Below, piece by piece: positions 39,468 to 51,905 of a stretch of 64,000 nt of DNA. Made by a program: the position numbers and the translations under genes. The stretch is from Perkinsus chesapeaki ATCC PRA-425. Taxonomy: Eukaryota; Protista; Perkinsozoa. Numbering within the stretch: the stretch's first letter is position 1; the number at the start of each line of letters is the position of its first letter. The stretch covers positions 79,563 to 143,562 of the forward strand of contig JAAPAO010000012.1 of the NCBI GenBank assembly GCA_013115145.1, written 5' to 3'. The notes beneath the pieces are model-generated. The model ran no database searches and was not told where the DNA came from. It saw only the letters and a program-made list of their open reading frames with translations.

Positions 39468-42400
39468 CTAGTCCCATGACAGTATGTTCCTAACTGATGA
39501 CCTATTCCGATGCTGCCTCATCGCATCGTTGTAAGCTCGACCTCTGGTGACCTCGGGAGACCCAGCAGGGGCGATCTTACCGACCCCAAGAGGATCTTCG
39601 GGATCGACATTGGTCTCGGCATCAAGCCAGGCGCATCTAGCCACGCCGGTAGGCTGGCCGCCGCGTGTCCTCGGCACCACCTTCCATTGAATCACACAAT
39701 GGTCGCCCCCTCCAATAGAGACCAAAGTGTTCATCGGACTGAACCGCACCTGAGCAGGAAGCCATGCCATCTCGGGCGGCATCCGGCGCCCTACATTAGT
39801 GACGTGGCTAGCATGGCCGCTGTAGGCTGCTGCACGAGCGTTCAAATAGGGGGAAGGAAATCTCAGAAGCTTAACTTTGCCGTTGTCATCACCCAGGGCC
39901 AGGAGGGTGGGGTTCTTGCCGGACGACTGGTGCACCGCATTAACGTCGGTCTGGTCGTACTCCGGATCTGCCCAGACGCCTATGACCGGCCAGCCCAGCA
40001 CACAGGACCAGTTATCTTGCCATTTGGCGTCTCTGAACCTGAGCGGCGATGGGCCTCGGTCGGCATACCGGGGATGACTACATGCTGCTGGAGGTCATAC
40101 GGGCGCCGTCTCTGGTTCGCCAGTAGAGGATCTGTGTGTCCTTGCTGTTGCTCATAACCACGGAGCCGTCCTTGGTGAACATGACATTCAGTGGTGAGGA
40201 GGAATTGCCTCTCAGTGTGGCATGCAATGATACGTTGATGCCCTTCACAGCCTGAGAGTAAGCGAAACGAATGTCGGAGCGGCGTGTACAGAAAGCAGCA
40301 GTCGTTGATAATCATTCGCAGTGGCGTCCAGCAATGCGTTGCACTCTGGACAGTATGGCCAGCCACATGCTGCAAATCGACCAAGCGGCGCTCTCTGCGC
40401 TACACACTGCGATTAACGCAGCGCCAGTTTGGCACTTGAGTGAGCGTATAGTGCGAGTGGTCGCTAGTACCACGGTGGGAGAGTGTGGTTCCACCGACCG
40501 CGGTCGGCGGGTCGGTGCTGCGTGTGGTCCCAGCGATTGTCGGTAATGATCCCCTTACTACTTTATCATTAACATCGACCCTCACTGTGACACCGTAGTC
40601 AATTCGGAGAAGATAGACCTTCTGATCCCAGCAAGCCGCTGCCAACCACTGGCCGTTGTCGGCGAAACGAATGTCGCATATCCTCTCCCGAGTGGCAGAC
40701 AGCCTGTGGGCATAGACCTGATCGCGAAAGTGTAGCAGATGAGCCCGCAAGCTCCGAGCTACCTGCGTGAGGCTCGGAAAGTGCAGGACAGTGAGAAGGC
40801 CTTCACCTTGGCCGATGGCGAGCAGGTCACCTTGGGCGTTGAAAGCGAGCGAGTACACTGCTTCGGCGCATGAAACAACCTATGAAGGATCCACGGCTGT
40901 CAGCAGGCAATTCGTCTTCATTAAGCAATGACGTAAGATACGCGGCAGGTATCCACCAGATAGTAGTCGCGATCACTTAACGAGTGGCGGTAATACGAGA
41001 TAAGCGAAGATTCGGAGTACCGTCTCCGAGTACTGGACAGACTTCCTCCACCAATAGAGTAGGTGCATACCGCACACTGAATTGGATACCCTCACTCAGC
41101 TACAGTTATCACTTTCATAAGAAAGCGGGAGGGTGAACGATATGAAAGTAACGAGCAAGGCTTACCTTGCCAACCAGTGGGGCCCTCTCGGAGGTATTCC
41201 AGAACCTAACGTCACGATTGGTGCCACCAGTAGCACACAGTGCATGTGTCGGATGGTGGGCCAGGCCCCACATCTCTCCACCGTGCCCAACCTGAACCAT
41301 CATTGACAAAACGCTAAAACATACATCGGCAGCACCTGCACGACCGATAGGATCGCTCGCTGGGTGACGTCGAAGTGGAGCAAGCTGTGTCCGGCAGTGC
41401 CCAGCACGGCAGTTGTCCGCTGACCGCCACAAGCAACTGAGATGCTGTTGAATCTAGCCCCACCGCTAGTATCTGAATCAGAGGACTCCATGGGGATGAG
41501 GGAGCTGCTTACCACCGATTGCCATAAGCCTCTTGACCTCTCCAGTCCGACCAGCAAGCTCCTGGATCCCGTGCTTCCATAGAACCTTCAACCGCCCGCC
41601 CTCGAGGGCAAGCAGCGCTATCTCACCGCCGTATGTTGCGGCCAGGATGGTCCCATCGGGTAGGCCAGCAGCGCAGCCGACCTTCTTCGTGCCAAGCGAC
41701 ACTGCCTGGGTGGCGACGCCGTTTTGAAGGAGGTAGAGGTAACCGTTACAGGCGCACAGAAACGATATCTCCCCAGCGAAACCGCAGCACTGGGGTTGCT
41801 TGCTGGCCGGTGTCTTGCCAAAGGTGCCTCGCTTGCAGGCAATCTCCCCCGTCTCGCCGTCAACCTTCCAGAACTTGTAGTGACCCTCGCCCACCGATAG
41901 CAGTAAAGAGCTATCACAGGCGGAGAGAGCATAGGTGGGGCTGCGGCCGCTGCTCATGGTGAACAGCGGCGCCGTTAAGCGAACTGGCTTCGATGGTTGG
42001 CCGTCTGCTCCGCGGCCGGCCGAGCGACGCGGCAATCGGCCCCACACAGCCACCATGTTAGCCTCGTCTGTGCCAACGCTGACGAGCATGCTGCCACCGT
42101 GGACGAACGATAACGCACTGACGCTCCTCTGGTGGTAGTGTAGCTGAGCCAGAGTCACTGAAGGCTTGCTCGGGGACCAAAGACATATAAAGGGCCCCTC
42201 GATGCCCTTGGGATCCTGCTGCCCGCTAGCAGCCATATCAGCTTCGCTGGAGTAGTCCAAGCACAGCACGTCCGCTGAGTGCCCCTCGAAGTAGCGTTGG
42301 GAAGCGTCCTCCAAGGAATGCATGACGACCATAGCACCGAGTGGGTACATGGCAGTTCGCCCGTCATCGATAAGCCGAAGCGAGCCTCGAAGGTCACCGT

Positions 42401-42707
42401 TGTAGCCGTAGACCGCCTCCTTCACCAGCTCCCAGTCAGGCAGCTGGGCCAGCTTCGGCTCGGGATGCCACTCGGTGGGCGGGAATACCAGACCGTAGCT
42501 GCGACCAAACACTACGCGCATAGAACCGTCAGGGCCTTGCTGAGCGAGCTCGGGAATCAATGGCGGATCAGCCGTCGTCGGCGCCGGCGCCGGCTTCGGA
42601 GGAAACTTAGGGACTGCTACGGACCTCCGACCACCTGTTTCCCGCTGCCTTGTGGAAGGTCTGTCGAAAAGCAAACTCATTCTACGAAGGGGAGCTGGAG
42701 GCCCCAT
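39468..42707 (-). CDS. Echinoderm microtubule-associated protein-like (EML/EMAP) HELP-WD40 protein, multi-exon
   Basis: HELP motif EAVYGYNG, QRYFEGHSADVLCL, WD40 repeats and the EML-type terminal repeat WPVIGVW...DQTDVNAV...LGDDNGKVKLLRFP...GHASHVTNVRF...SIGGGDHCVIQW. The start is uncertain. Confidence 0.88.
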
Positions 42708-42885
42708 TGAAAACCCAATGCACTGGAGCGACTAGACAAATGCTTCAAGAAATCCGAGAGGCTCCCATGACAGGAGGAAGCATGCTCCACTGTGTTACAC
42801 ATCAACTTGAAAGGATAATAATCGAGGTATCTACTCTGCCGTAGTAGTAGCAGGGTTCATCATAACACTTTTAAATGATATAATC

Positions 42886-44226
42886 TCACTCTTCCTTGTC
42901 ACCGCGCTGCTCTCTGATGGCTTCACGGGCATGGCCGGCATTGGAGGCACCAAAGGTGTTAGCAAGCAGCGTCTCCTTATCAAACTCGGACACCTTCATA
43001 AAACGCTTCATGTCGACCTTCCTCGAATCCTCCTTCGCCTGCCTTTCCCTCTCAACCTCTTCAGCACGCATCTTCAACGCATTAGGTCCACCGCCACCGA
43101 GCACTGCAATATCGCAAATGTCGGAGTCCCTCATGCTGTCCGTATCCTCCTCGTCATCTCCAACAGCGCTCAGTATCTGTCCCGCGTCGTAGGTAGCATC
43201 ATAGTCCATCACACTAGCCTTATTAAGGTCCTCGTTGATCCACACACGGCAGTCACCTTCGCCGCCGCTCCTCCCACCGAAGCCGAGGCCCTTCGCTCTG
43301 ACCTTGTTCCTGGCGTTCAGATAAACGTAGTTATCAGCGCTCGAGCGTGTGCGGCCTCGAATGACTCTGATCTCTGGCTCTAGCTGGAACAGCGTCGTCG
43401 TTACAGCGATCTTGTTGAAGAGGTCGTAGCCGTTGGTCGCTGCGTTATCAGGCACAATGGTGTCTTTGGACCAGTCCAAGGCGCTCCCAGTGGCTGCCCC
43501 CCAAACACGTCCCTTGGTGTCCTTTATAATAAGCGCAGTCGGGCCGGGATAGTGACCAGAGTTGCTCATGAGCCTCTGTAGTGAACGGCCGTGAGTGGAG
43601 CTCCAGTAAAGCGTGCTCAGTGGGGGAACGAGATCAGGATATATGATCCTCAGCAGCAAGACGTGGTACTCTTTGACGAAGGACGGCGGGTTGGCCTCAC
43701 TGCCGCCTGAAATGCTCATTCGGCGCTTGTTCATGCGAAGAGCGCATCTGAGCGACTCGTTGAAGACCGAACCAATGCCAGGCAGCATGGTCTGGAACTC
43801 GTGACCGAACACTGCCGAGTTCTCGGCAATCTTGATGTCTCGAGGAGGCTCGTTGGGATCGATCGATGCGACAACGAACTGGAGAACAGCGTGGGGTGTC
43901 CCAAACGCTTGGATTAGCGAGGCCCAGTCCGAACGATTGGCCAAGAGCTCCGCAGCGTCCTGGACCATCTCCTCGACCTTTGCTGACTTCTTACCACCGC
44001 CTGTGATGAAGTCGAAGAGTGCGGGCGCGAATGGCTTGTAGGCGATGAACAACTGGTTGCTGAAGGACTCCGGCGTGACATGACCGTTGCTCTCAGCAGA
44101 CTTGAAGAAGCTCTGTAGGAGGCTCATATCCGTATCAGGCAGGGCGTGACTACTGTTTCGACGCGTGCTTGCAGCCGCTGCTGCTGCATGAGCGGCAGAC
44201 GACTCAGTTGATGCTTTATTTCCCAT
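42886..44226 (-). CDS. TLDc-domain protein with N-myristoylation motif (MEAK7/TLDC1-like), intronless
   Basis: MGNKAS N-terminus. TLDc motifs LYWSSTHGRSL, GPTALIIKDTKGRVWGA, TLFQLEPEIRV, NYVYLN, GLGFGG and VWINEDL. Confidence 0.85.
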   Translation of the reverse strand: MGNKASTESSAAHAAAAAASTRRNSSHALPDTDMSLLQSFFKSAESNGHVTPESFSNQLFIAYKPFAPALFDFITGGGKKSAKVEEMVQDAAELLANRSDWASLIQAFGTPHAVLQFVVASIDPNEPPRDIKIAENSAVFGHEFQTMLPGIGSVFNESLRCALRMNKRRMSISGGSEANPPSFVKEYHVLLLRIIYPDLVPPLSTLYWSSTHGRSLQRLMSNSGHYPGPTALIIKDTKGRVWGAATGSALDWSKDTIVPDNAATNGYDLFNKIAVTTTLFQLEPEIRVIRGRTRSSADNYVYLNARNKVRAKGLGFGGRSGGEGDCRVWINEDLNKASVMDYDATYDAGQILSAVGDDEEDTDSMRDSDICDIAVLGGGGPNALKMRAEEVERERQAKEDSRKVDMKRFMKVSEFDKETLLANTFGASNAGHAREAIREQRGDKEE

Positions 44227-44670
44227 AGTGACAAATGGCTTAACCTAGAGGGAAATAATGTCACGCGCACAGAGCTAAGCTCAGCGACGAACGCGATCGC
44301 CTAGGAACACGAGAATTCGAGGAAGTCTTTCAGAGCGCCCAGGAACTTGAAGAGAGAAGAAGACATCCACTGGGAACGAAAGTAACATCTACTCGGTTAA
44401 CCGTGCAGGAACGGAAACCCAAGTTACACTGTCTAGCAGACAACCAACACAATCGCTGTCCCCCTCGACCACAGCCTGCAAACTAACGAGAATCGCACGC
44501 CTCTTGCCGAACAGAATCCACCACGAACCGGTAATCCACCAGGGCCACGCAACACCACGAAGCTAACAGAGCAGCTGCCACTACTTATGTAGACGACAAC
44601 CGCCGAACTCGGGTATAATATAATGTTATAGTGCAAGTTATTCAACATCAAAGTCAGCAGCAGCCTCTTG

Positions 44671-45609
44671 CTAGCCTTCTGCGGCAGCGTCGTGCCCAAT
44701 CTCGGCACTCGAACCAGCGGGCTGAGAACAAGTGTCGCTGAATGCTTGTTGTATGGGCGTTACTTCGGCATCTGTTTTCGCCGGGCTCTGAATTGGCTTG
44801 TCGGTCTCATCGTCAACTTTACGCCTCTTATTCTCCCTCTCGCTCTCCTGCGCAGCGCCACCGTCGTTCTCCTTGGACTCTGCTTCTTGAGTATCATCAA
44901 CCGGCGCAGCAGCACTCGATGACGACGAAGCTGCTCCCTCCTACAGGCAGATCATATTTACCCAAGCACAGCGCGAGACCTTACCTCCTCCACATTTTGC
45001 TGTTGTTGCTCCTCCTCAACTCGGCGTCGCTCTCGTGCAGCCTCAGCCAGGGCCGCCAGCCATCGTTGATACTGTCGCAGTTGCTCATGGTATTGTAGCT
45101 CCACCAGTTGCCGAGCCTCTCGTGGCGTTAAATTCCGCTTTATATCCGACGGGCTCGGCTTGTCGACTGGCATGTCAGCCATCAAAGGCTGAGCCGACGG
45201 CGGCAGTACGGCGGCTGAGAGGACGTCCCTTTCAATCGCCGAGGAGCCGAACACGCCTACCTTGAGGCTGCGAGCCAGTGTATTCCCGAAGGCCGTCAGC
45301 TTGCGGTTGCAGCGTTCCCTGCTTTCTTGCCTCTGGATCGTTATCCACCGGGACATCGGGGATTGCGGGGCCTAAGAGGCATTTCCGAAAGGCCGTGCGC
45401 AATCTCGACTCACCATCCGCTTTGTCGTCGGCCATGGTTTGATCGCCTTTGCCGCTGTCACCCATCTCCATGTTGTCGGTTTTGGTGGGGTCGCCCGAGG
45501 CTGGCGCGGTTTGTGGTTCCTCTTTCTCAGCATCCCCGGGGTCCTCTTTTTTCAGAGCTGCCACCTTAGCACGAGTCATCATACCGGCCGTCGAGGAGAC
45601 CTCAGACAT
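44671..45609 (-). CDS. Hypothetical acidic/coiled-coil protein, probably 3 exons
   Basis: ORFs 45232-45609 and 44958-45356 plus a terminal exon EGAASSSSAAAPVDDTQE...DAAAEG* (stop at 44671). No domain recognised. Confidence 0.5.
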
Positions 45610-45779
45610 GCCGATTCAGCGGAGGAGGTTTCAAAGCTACACAGGGGGGGGCGTGGAACGCTGGTCGCGGGTGAACTCAACATACGGGGCAAGCTGAAAC
45701 CAGGACAGATAAAAAGACATCAAAAACTTTCATGTGTGAGGGTAAAAAATCGGCCACCACAGTGGCGTACCACAACTGC

Positions 45780-48700
45780 CTAAACTCGGCCATAGCCGCC
45801 CCCGCCGGGTGTCATCAGTCTCAGTCTGTCGCCCCTAGCCATTTGCACCGTCCTCTTGCCGCCGATGTTAACCTCTTGAGCAGCTTCGCGCTTCAACCAA
45901 AGATTCAGTCCTTTCATACCGCACCCGCCGCCAGCCATACCATACGGCGATCTTGCCCTGCGTTCCGTTAGAACCGAAACATGAAGTGCGCGAACAAATT
46001 CTAGCTCTCTGAGCACGCCACAACCTCCAGAATGAGCGCCCTCTCCACCGCTGCCCTCGCGGAGGCCGAAGCGACGAACGATGCAGGGATAGCGGCGCTC
46101 CATGATCTCGACGTCGGTGATCCTGGTATTGGTCATATGCGTGTGGACTCCGCTGACCCCGTTCCAGGTCGGGCCGGCTCCGGAGCCGCCTGCCACGGTC
46201 TCGTAGTAGCCGAAGGTTTCATCACCGAAGGTGACGTTGTTCATGCAGCCACAGCTGGCCGCGCAAAACTCGAATGCTCGGAAGATCACGTCGACCACTC
46301 TTTGACTGGTCACGACATTGCCGCCGACAACGGCAGCGGTGGGGGACGGGTTCAGCATGCACTGCCCTCGCTCTGGCAGGACCACCTGGACAGCTTCGAG
46401 GCACCCCTGATTGAGCGGGATGTCCGAGTCTACCATGCAGCGTAGGCAGTAGATGACTGCTGACATAGTGACAGCCGGTGGGGCATTGGTGTTGCCGACC
46501 ACCTCCGGCCCAGAATCGGTGAAATCGAAGATCGCGCTGGCCCGTTTGCCCCCTCCGCCATCTTTGAGCAAACGAACCTACAGTGAAATGTACAACCTCA
46601 ACAAGCGCACCGGTTACCTTCAGCTTGATGGCGCTGCCGTCGTCCATGAAGTCCTCAGCCTCCCCCTCCATACCGTGCTTCTCCGCCCAGGTGTAGAGCA
46701 TGCTAAGCACCGCCTGTCTGGCGTTTTCCCTAATGTGATGCAAGTACGCGTGCACAACCTTCAGGCCGTAAGTCTGGACCATCTCGTGAACCAAAGAGAT
46801 TCCTTGTTGATTAGCAGCCACCTGGGCTCGGAGGTCCGCCAGGTTGTCCTCGAGGTTCCTCGTCCCGGCAGTAGTGAGCAGCTTGGTGATCCCCACTTCG
46901 TCAAAGCCTTGCTCGGCACAGACCAGTTTATGGGTGACGATAGCGCAGCCCTCCTGAGCCAGGCTGGTAGAGTTGGGTGGCATGCTGCCAGGCTCGACGC
47001 CACCGACATCAGCGTGGTGGCCTCGTGACGCCACAACAAAAGCGACGTTATCTCCCTCGAAGACCGGTGTCATGACCGTGATGTCCGGTAAATGGGACCC
47101 TCCAGCCAGCTGGGGATGATTCGACACCAGCACATCGCCGTGGCGGAGCTTCCCTTCCCACAGGCCTAGTTGGATTTTAACAGCCTCCTGCATGGCTCCC
47201 AAGTGCACAGGTATGTGCGGAGCGTTCGCGATGAGACCGCCGTCGGGGCCGAAGACGGCACAGGAAAAGTCAAGTCTGTCCTTGACGTTGACGCTGGTGG
47301 CGGTGCGCTGCAGGCATCTGCCCATCTGCTCGGCGATGCTCATGAACTTGTGGCTGAAAATGGACAGCTGTATCGGGTCCGCCACTTCCACGTTTAGAAG
47401 GGTGTTGGTGTCACCAAGCTGCTTAACATCGACAACATAGTCGCCGTCACCGTTGACCCTAGCCGTGCAGTCTGGCTCTATAACAATAGTGCCGGTGGTC
47501 TGCACGATGATGGCTGGTCCCCGAACACACGCCCCTGGCTTCAAGTTGGCCTCCAGGAACACTGGAGTGTCCTTCACTCGACCATGCCCTTCGAAATAAG
47601 CACTTGTCAGCTCGTCGGGCATGGCCTGGTACTCCTCGGTAGACGGTGGGCGAGTGAACTCGAAGGCATCCTCTTTAACTGCGCGTGCTCTCACTCTGAT
47701 GTCGTCGATGAGGAGGTCCCTGCCGACCATCAGGAAGCCATATTCCCTCTGGTAGGCTCGCTCGAAGGCTCTCTGGTAGTCCCCGTTGTCGCCGTCCTCG
47801 ACTGCGGTCATGATGGCTGTGTCAGTGCCGGCGTAGCGCATGTTCAGGTAGTACTTAGTGTGGATGTTGCCGTGGTGCCCGGCCTTCTCCAGCGACCTCA
47901 CCGCCTCCCTCTCGAGCTCCGCAAGGGTCTCCGCCCATGGACCGTTCGCTTGCCATTTCTGCGCGGCCGGGACCTGCTTGTCAACAACCTCATCAGCAAG
48001 AGCCAGACCAAAGGCGGACAGTACCCCAGCGAACCGGTGAACGAAAACCGTTTCAATGCCAAGTGCTCTAGCCATCGCACAAGCGTGCTGCCCACCAGCG
48101 CCTCCGAAGCAGGCCAGGACGTGCGCTCTCACATCGTAGCCCCTCATCTGAGTCATATTGCGGATGGGTCTGCACATAGCCTCATTGGCAACCCTGATAA
48201 ACCCCGCAGCGCAGGCGTCGATGTCGTCACCGAGCCCCATCTGCGCGGCTAGCTCCCCGAGGGCTGCCCGCGACGCCTCGACATCCAGAGGTTGATCTTG
48301 GGTCTCGCCGAATATCCGAGGGAAGTGGCTCGGTATGAGCCTTCCCAAAACCAAGTTGGCGTCGGTCACAGCCAGCTTGCCTCCTCTCTTCCTGTAGCAC
48401 ACCGGGCCCGGGTGGGCTCCTGCCGACTCTGGACCGACGCACAGCAGACCGTGCTCGTAGGTTAAGAGACTGCCGCCTCCAGCAGCCACAGTGGTGATGT
48501 CCAGCTGCGGGGCCTGGACCGTCACGCCAGCTGTAACCGTCTCATATATGTGCTCGAATCCAACCTTTGGGTCGTAGCGACTGACATCGGTGGAGGTGCC
48601 GCCCATATCGAAGCCAACCACTGGAGTGTCATTCCCGAGGGCGCGAGCGGTGGTTTTTGCGAAGCCGACCACTCCTCCGGCCGGCCCAGACAGGATCGCC

Positions 48701-49621
48701 TTGTGGCCGGTGAAGTCTTGCATCCGAGCCAAGCCCCCATCAGACTGCATGAACAAAAGCCTGGTGTTGTCCGTCTCCACCAGTGCGCGTTCGAAGCCAT
48801 TGCAGAAGTTCCTGAGATAGGTTCTGATGGTCGGCGTCAAATACGCGTCGGCCACCACCGTGTGGCCCCTCGCAACGGCCTTGGCCATTGCCAGCACCTC
48901 ACTGGATGCCGAGACATGGGCGAAGCCCATAGACCGGCACAGGGCGGCCACCTCCTTCTCGTGGTCGCCATAGATATAGCTGTGCATGAGCAGGATAGCC
49001 ACACTCTGGATGCCCTCATCAAGCAAGATCTGCAGCCTCGCCCTCAAAGTTTCGACGTCCAGTGGGCGCTCAATTCGGACTTCCTCGCCTGTTCGACCTT
49101 TCACCACTCTCCCGGGGAGATAGTCGGTCTCCCGCGCCAAGACCACACGCTCCGGCACCTCAACCACCTTCGTGTACAGCGTGTCCGGGCGCCTTATTTT
49201 AACGTCGAAAATGGCGGGTCGAGTCTGGTTGCCGATTTCCAAGAGATCCGCGAAACCCTCCGTGACGAGCAGTGCGCAGGTCGTTCCCTTCCTCTCTAGC
49301 AAGGCGTTGGTGGCCACAGTGGTGCCCATCCGAATGGACTCTATCTCACCGCAGCGGACTGGCTCCCCGGCTGGATGCGGCTTGCCTGTGAACTCCTGCA
49401 GAATTCGACGGATGCCTTCTCTCGGAGCATCCCTGAAAAACGGAGTCTGGCAACGAGACAAGAATGACAGCATCAACCTACGGGTAGTTGTCGGGGTCCT
49501 CGGAGAGGAGCTTGCGGACGATCTTCCGATGGCCGCCGTGACCGTCGGGTACCTCTGCATAGACGTCGGTGAAGGTGCCACCACGATCGATGGCAAAACG
49601 GAATTTCCCACCGTCAGACAT
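45780..49621 (-). CDS. OPLAH: 5-oxoprolinase (fused hydantoinase A/B)
   Basis: [96 protein letters not shown] and TPGGGGYG. Only two short introns seen (~49440-49485 and ~46572-46625). Confidence 0.97.
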
Positions 49622-49793
49622 TTTAAAACGGGAACGCTGGACTGCAGCGGCTGGAGAGACAAATGGACACGGAGAGAACTCAACAGAAAAAGAGATACGT
49701 AAGGCACTCGGTAAGGGATAGGGAGTCCACACTATGATAGGATGCAATGATATAACAGGGTTCGGAGATCAGTAAACAGGTCGATAAAGATGA

Positions 49794-51728
49794 TTAGGTA
49801 GGTTGGACAAACCTTTGAGAATACCGCCAGAGTAGGAGGACAGTGGCTCGCTCTTCCAGCGTGATCGATTTCCTTCTGTAAGCCTCACACATGGCTTTTC
49901 TGATCGGCGCCACTTCCCCATTTCTGTCAGCTCTCGGCAGCTCCTCCATTATAGGTTGATATGTCCGAGTGAGCAGGTGACCGAGGCACCTCTCTCTCAT
50001 CTTACCGATCCTCTCTATTCGGCAACTGCATATCAAACTCGCACACAGTCGAGCAAGCGTCCACTGCTGCGGTGGGAGGCCGGCACCACCTTCATCCAGA
50101 GCCTTCTCGATGTCTCTATGAAGGTGGTAGCTCACAGGAACTGAAGTCGTGGTGCCACGGGCCAATAAGACCCCCACCAGAGGCGTCGGGCAGAAGACCC
50201 CGGCGATCTTAGGCCTCTCCGTCGGCGGCCGGCTCTTCCTCTCCTCGAAGGCACGAGCCACCTCGTACTTCCTCCTGATCTCCGCCGCATGGTTGCTCCC
50301 CTGATGCTTCGCCAAGACATGGTTGTCCATCCCGGATGCCGACAGCATCTCATGGCACCCTCTCACCGGGCATTCCCGCTCTACCTCTGTTACCACACCG
50401 TTGCGCAAGTATGTTTCCTCGACGGCCTTCTGTTCCTTAGGCTTTTGCCACTCCCAGTCCGAATCGATCTCATCCCTCTTCCCCTCCTCAGCCTTCGCCT
50501 TTTTCCCCGACTTAGGCCTCTTGCGCTGCTTTTTCCTGCATCGCTCCCCTCCTCTGGACATGCCATCTGCTCCGTGAGCTTCCTTCCCCAAGCTCGCCGG
50601 GGTGCCACTGGAGGACGCAGAGCTCCGTCGAGTAGATGGCGATGACAGTTCAACTCCTACAGCCTCCCCTTGCCCTTTCATATTCAAGCCACTTGCGTTC
50701 CCCGCATCGGCAACGCCACCATCACTACTGGTCCTCGCAGGCCCGGCCTCATGCCTGTCACCTTCCCTAGGCACGTCTGGTAGCCCTTCGACCTTCGCTT
50801 TCTTATTCCACTCCCGTGACTTCTTGGTAAGCTTCTTCCTCTTCACCCCGCTCGCCCTCCCACCTCTTGGTGACGACGACGATGCATCTACATCATCCCA
50901 AGACTGTCTGCTGGTCCCCCATGCGTTCCCGGAAGTCGCAACCGTCGGAGCCGAGCTCTGACTCTCTCCCCAGTTAATCGCCACTGGGGCCTTCTTTTCC
51001 GGTGCTCTTATAAGTGACGTCTCCCGCCTTCTACGTCGCCGAGGTATTTCAGCCTCAGACCCAGCCGGCTGCGTCTGGCATATAGGACCCGGTCCGCCCC
51101 CTTCTTGCCCCCCAGAACAATAGTTTTGCCACGGTGCTCCATTGCGCTCCTCTTGAAGGTTCCCTTCGGAGCCCTGCCTCCTCGCATCCTTCCTCCGATA
51201 CCTCCTCCCTAGTACCTTATCCTCCCTCGATTCTGCACTCCACTCCCGCCTCCTTCCCCACTGACTAGGTCCTTCAGTACCAACACAATTAGCTGCAAAT
51301 CTATTATACGGTATTCTTTGAGCCGGTGGCGGTGGCGGCGGCGGCGGAGGAGGCTGGGAGTCGCTGCCATCTGTCCTCCTACGAACACTGCTTCCCCTAT
51401 CGTATGGCCTCTGCGGTGGTGGCGGCGGTGGAGGGGGTGGAGACGGGTGAGGCGACGAGTAACTCTGCGAGCCATGATTCGACCTCCTATCCCTTTGGAC
51501 ACTTCGGTCTCTATCACGCCGCTGCCACCAAGGCCGCCGCTCAACAGGACTGTTGTTCTCCTCCTCCTCCTTGGTAAGGTCCACCTTCTCTGTCTGATGC
51601 TTCCTCTGGCCCACTCTCAGACGCTTGGCTGCCAGAGTCATCTCATACAAGTCCTTTGAAAAGGTTGGGGATTCTTCCGATGAGGAGCTCTTGACCTCCT
51701 CCACGTGATGAGCCCCTCGTGGGGACAT
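49794..51728 (-). CDS. Uncharacterised intronless protein A: Arg/Ser/Pro-rich N-terminus, C2H2-type finger, conserved helical C-terminal domain
   Basis: Long ORF (49794-51782; likely start MSPRGAHH at 51728). Finger CPVRGCHEMLSASGMDNHVLAKH. The C-terminal ~150 aa are homologous to neighbour 51906-52808. Confidence 0.75.
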   Translation of the reverse strand: MSPRGAHHVEEVKSSSSEESPTFSKDLYEMTLAAKRLRVGQRKHQTEKVDLTKEEEENNSPVERRPWWQRRDRDRSVQRDRRSNHGSQSYSSPHPSPPPPPPPPPQRPYDRGSSVRRRTDGSDSQPPPPPPPPPPAQRIPYNRFAANCVGTEGPSQWGRRREWSAESREDKVLGRRYRRKDARRQGSEGNLQEERNGAPWQNYCSGGQEGGGPGPICQTQPAGSEAEIPRRRRRRETSLIRAPEKKAPVAINWGESQSSAPTVATSGNAWGTSRQSWDDVDASSSSPRGGRASGVKRKKLTKKSREWNKKAKVEGLPDVPREGDRHEAGPARTSSDGGVADAGNASGLNMKGQGEAVGVELSSPSTRRSSASSSGTPASLGKEAHGADGMSRGGERCRKKQRKRPKSGKKAKAEEGKRDEIDSDWEWQKPKEQKAVEETYLRNGVVTEVERECPVRGCHEMLSASGMDNHVLAKHQGSNHAAEIRRKYEVARAFEERKSRPPTERPKIAGVFCPTPLVGVLLARGTTTSVPVSYHLHRDIEKALDEGGAGLPPQQWTLARLCASLICSCRIERIGKMRERCLGHLLTRTYQPIMEELPRADRNGEVAPIRKAMCEAYRRKSITLEERATVLLLWRYSQRFVQPT

Positions 51729-51905
51729 GGTAATGGGACGCAAACTAAACAGGAAGTCACATCCAACACAACAGCAATCCAAGAGTCAGAAAACGACTTT
51801 CTGATGGGGGCCCTTGCAGCCTCCCCGGGCGTGGTCCTGATAGCCGCCAACTGCCGCTCTGGCCGTCTCCTACTCTATGTTAACTACACGTGCCCATCAA
51901 CACTT

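Noticed and set aside
44227-44250. gttaagccatttg upstream of the TLDc start on the minus strand, resembling part of a dinoflagellate/perkinsid spliced leader
   Set aside because: Only about 7 nt match and the diagnostic ggctcaag end is missing, so it is consistent with chance.
46032-49702. Long plus-strand ORFs (e.g. 46453-47028, 47584-48252, 48550-49299, 49172-49702)
   Set aside because: They are antisense shadows of the GC-rich OPLAH coding sequence and show no independent motifs. The same applies to shadows over UTP25, EML, TLDc and proteins A/B.
51320-51435. ggcggtggcggcggcgg repeats
   Set aside because: They encode the poly-Pro tracts of protein A and are not an independent repeat element.
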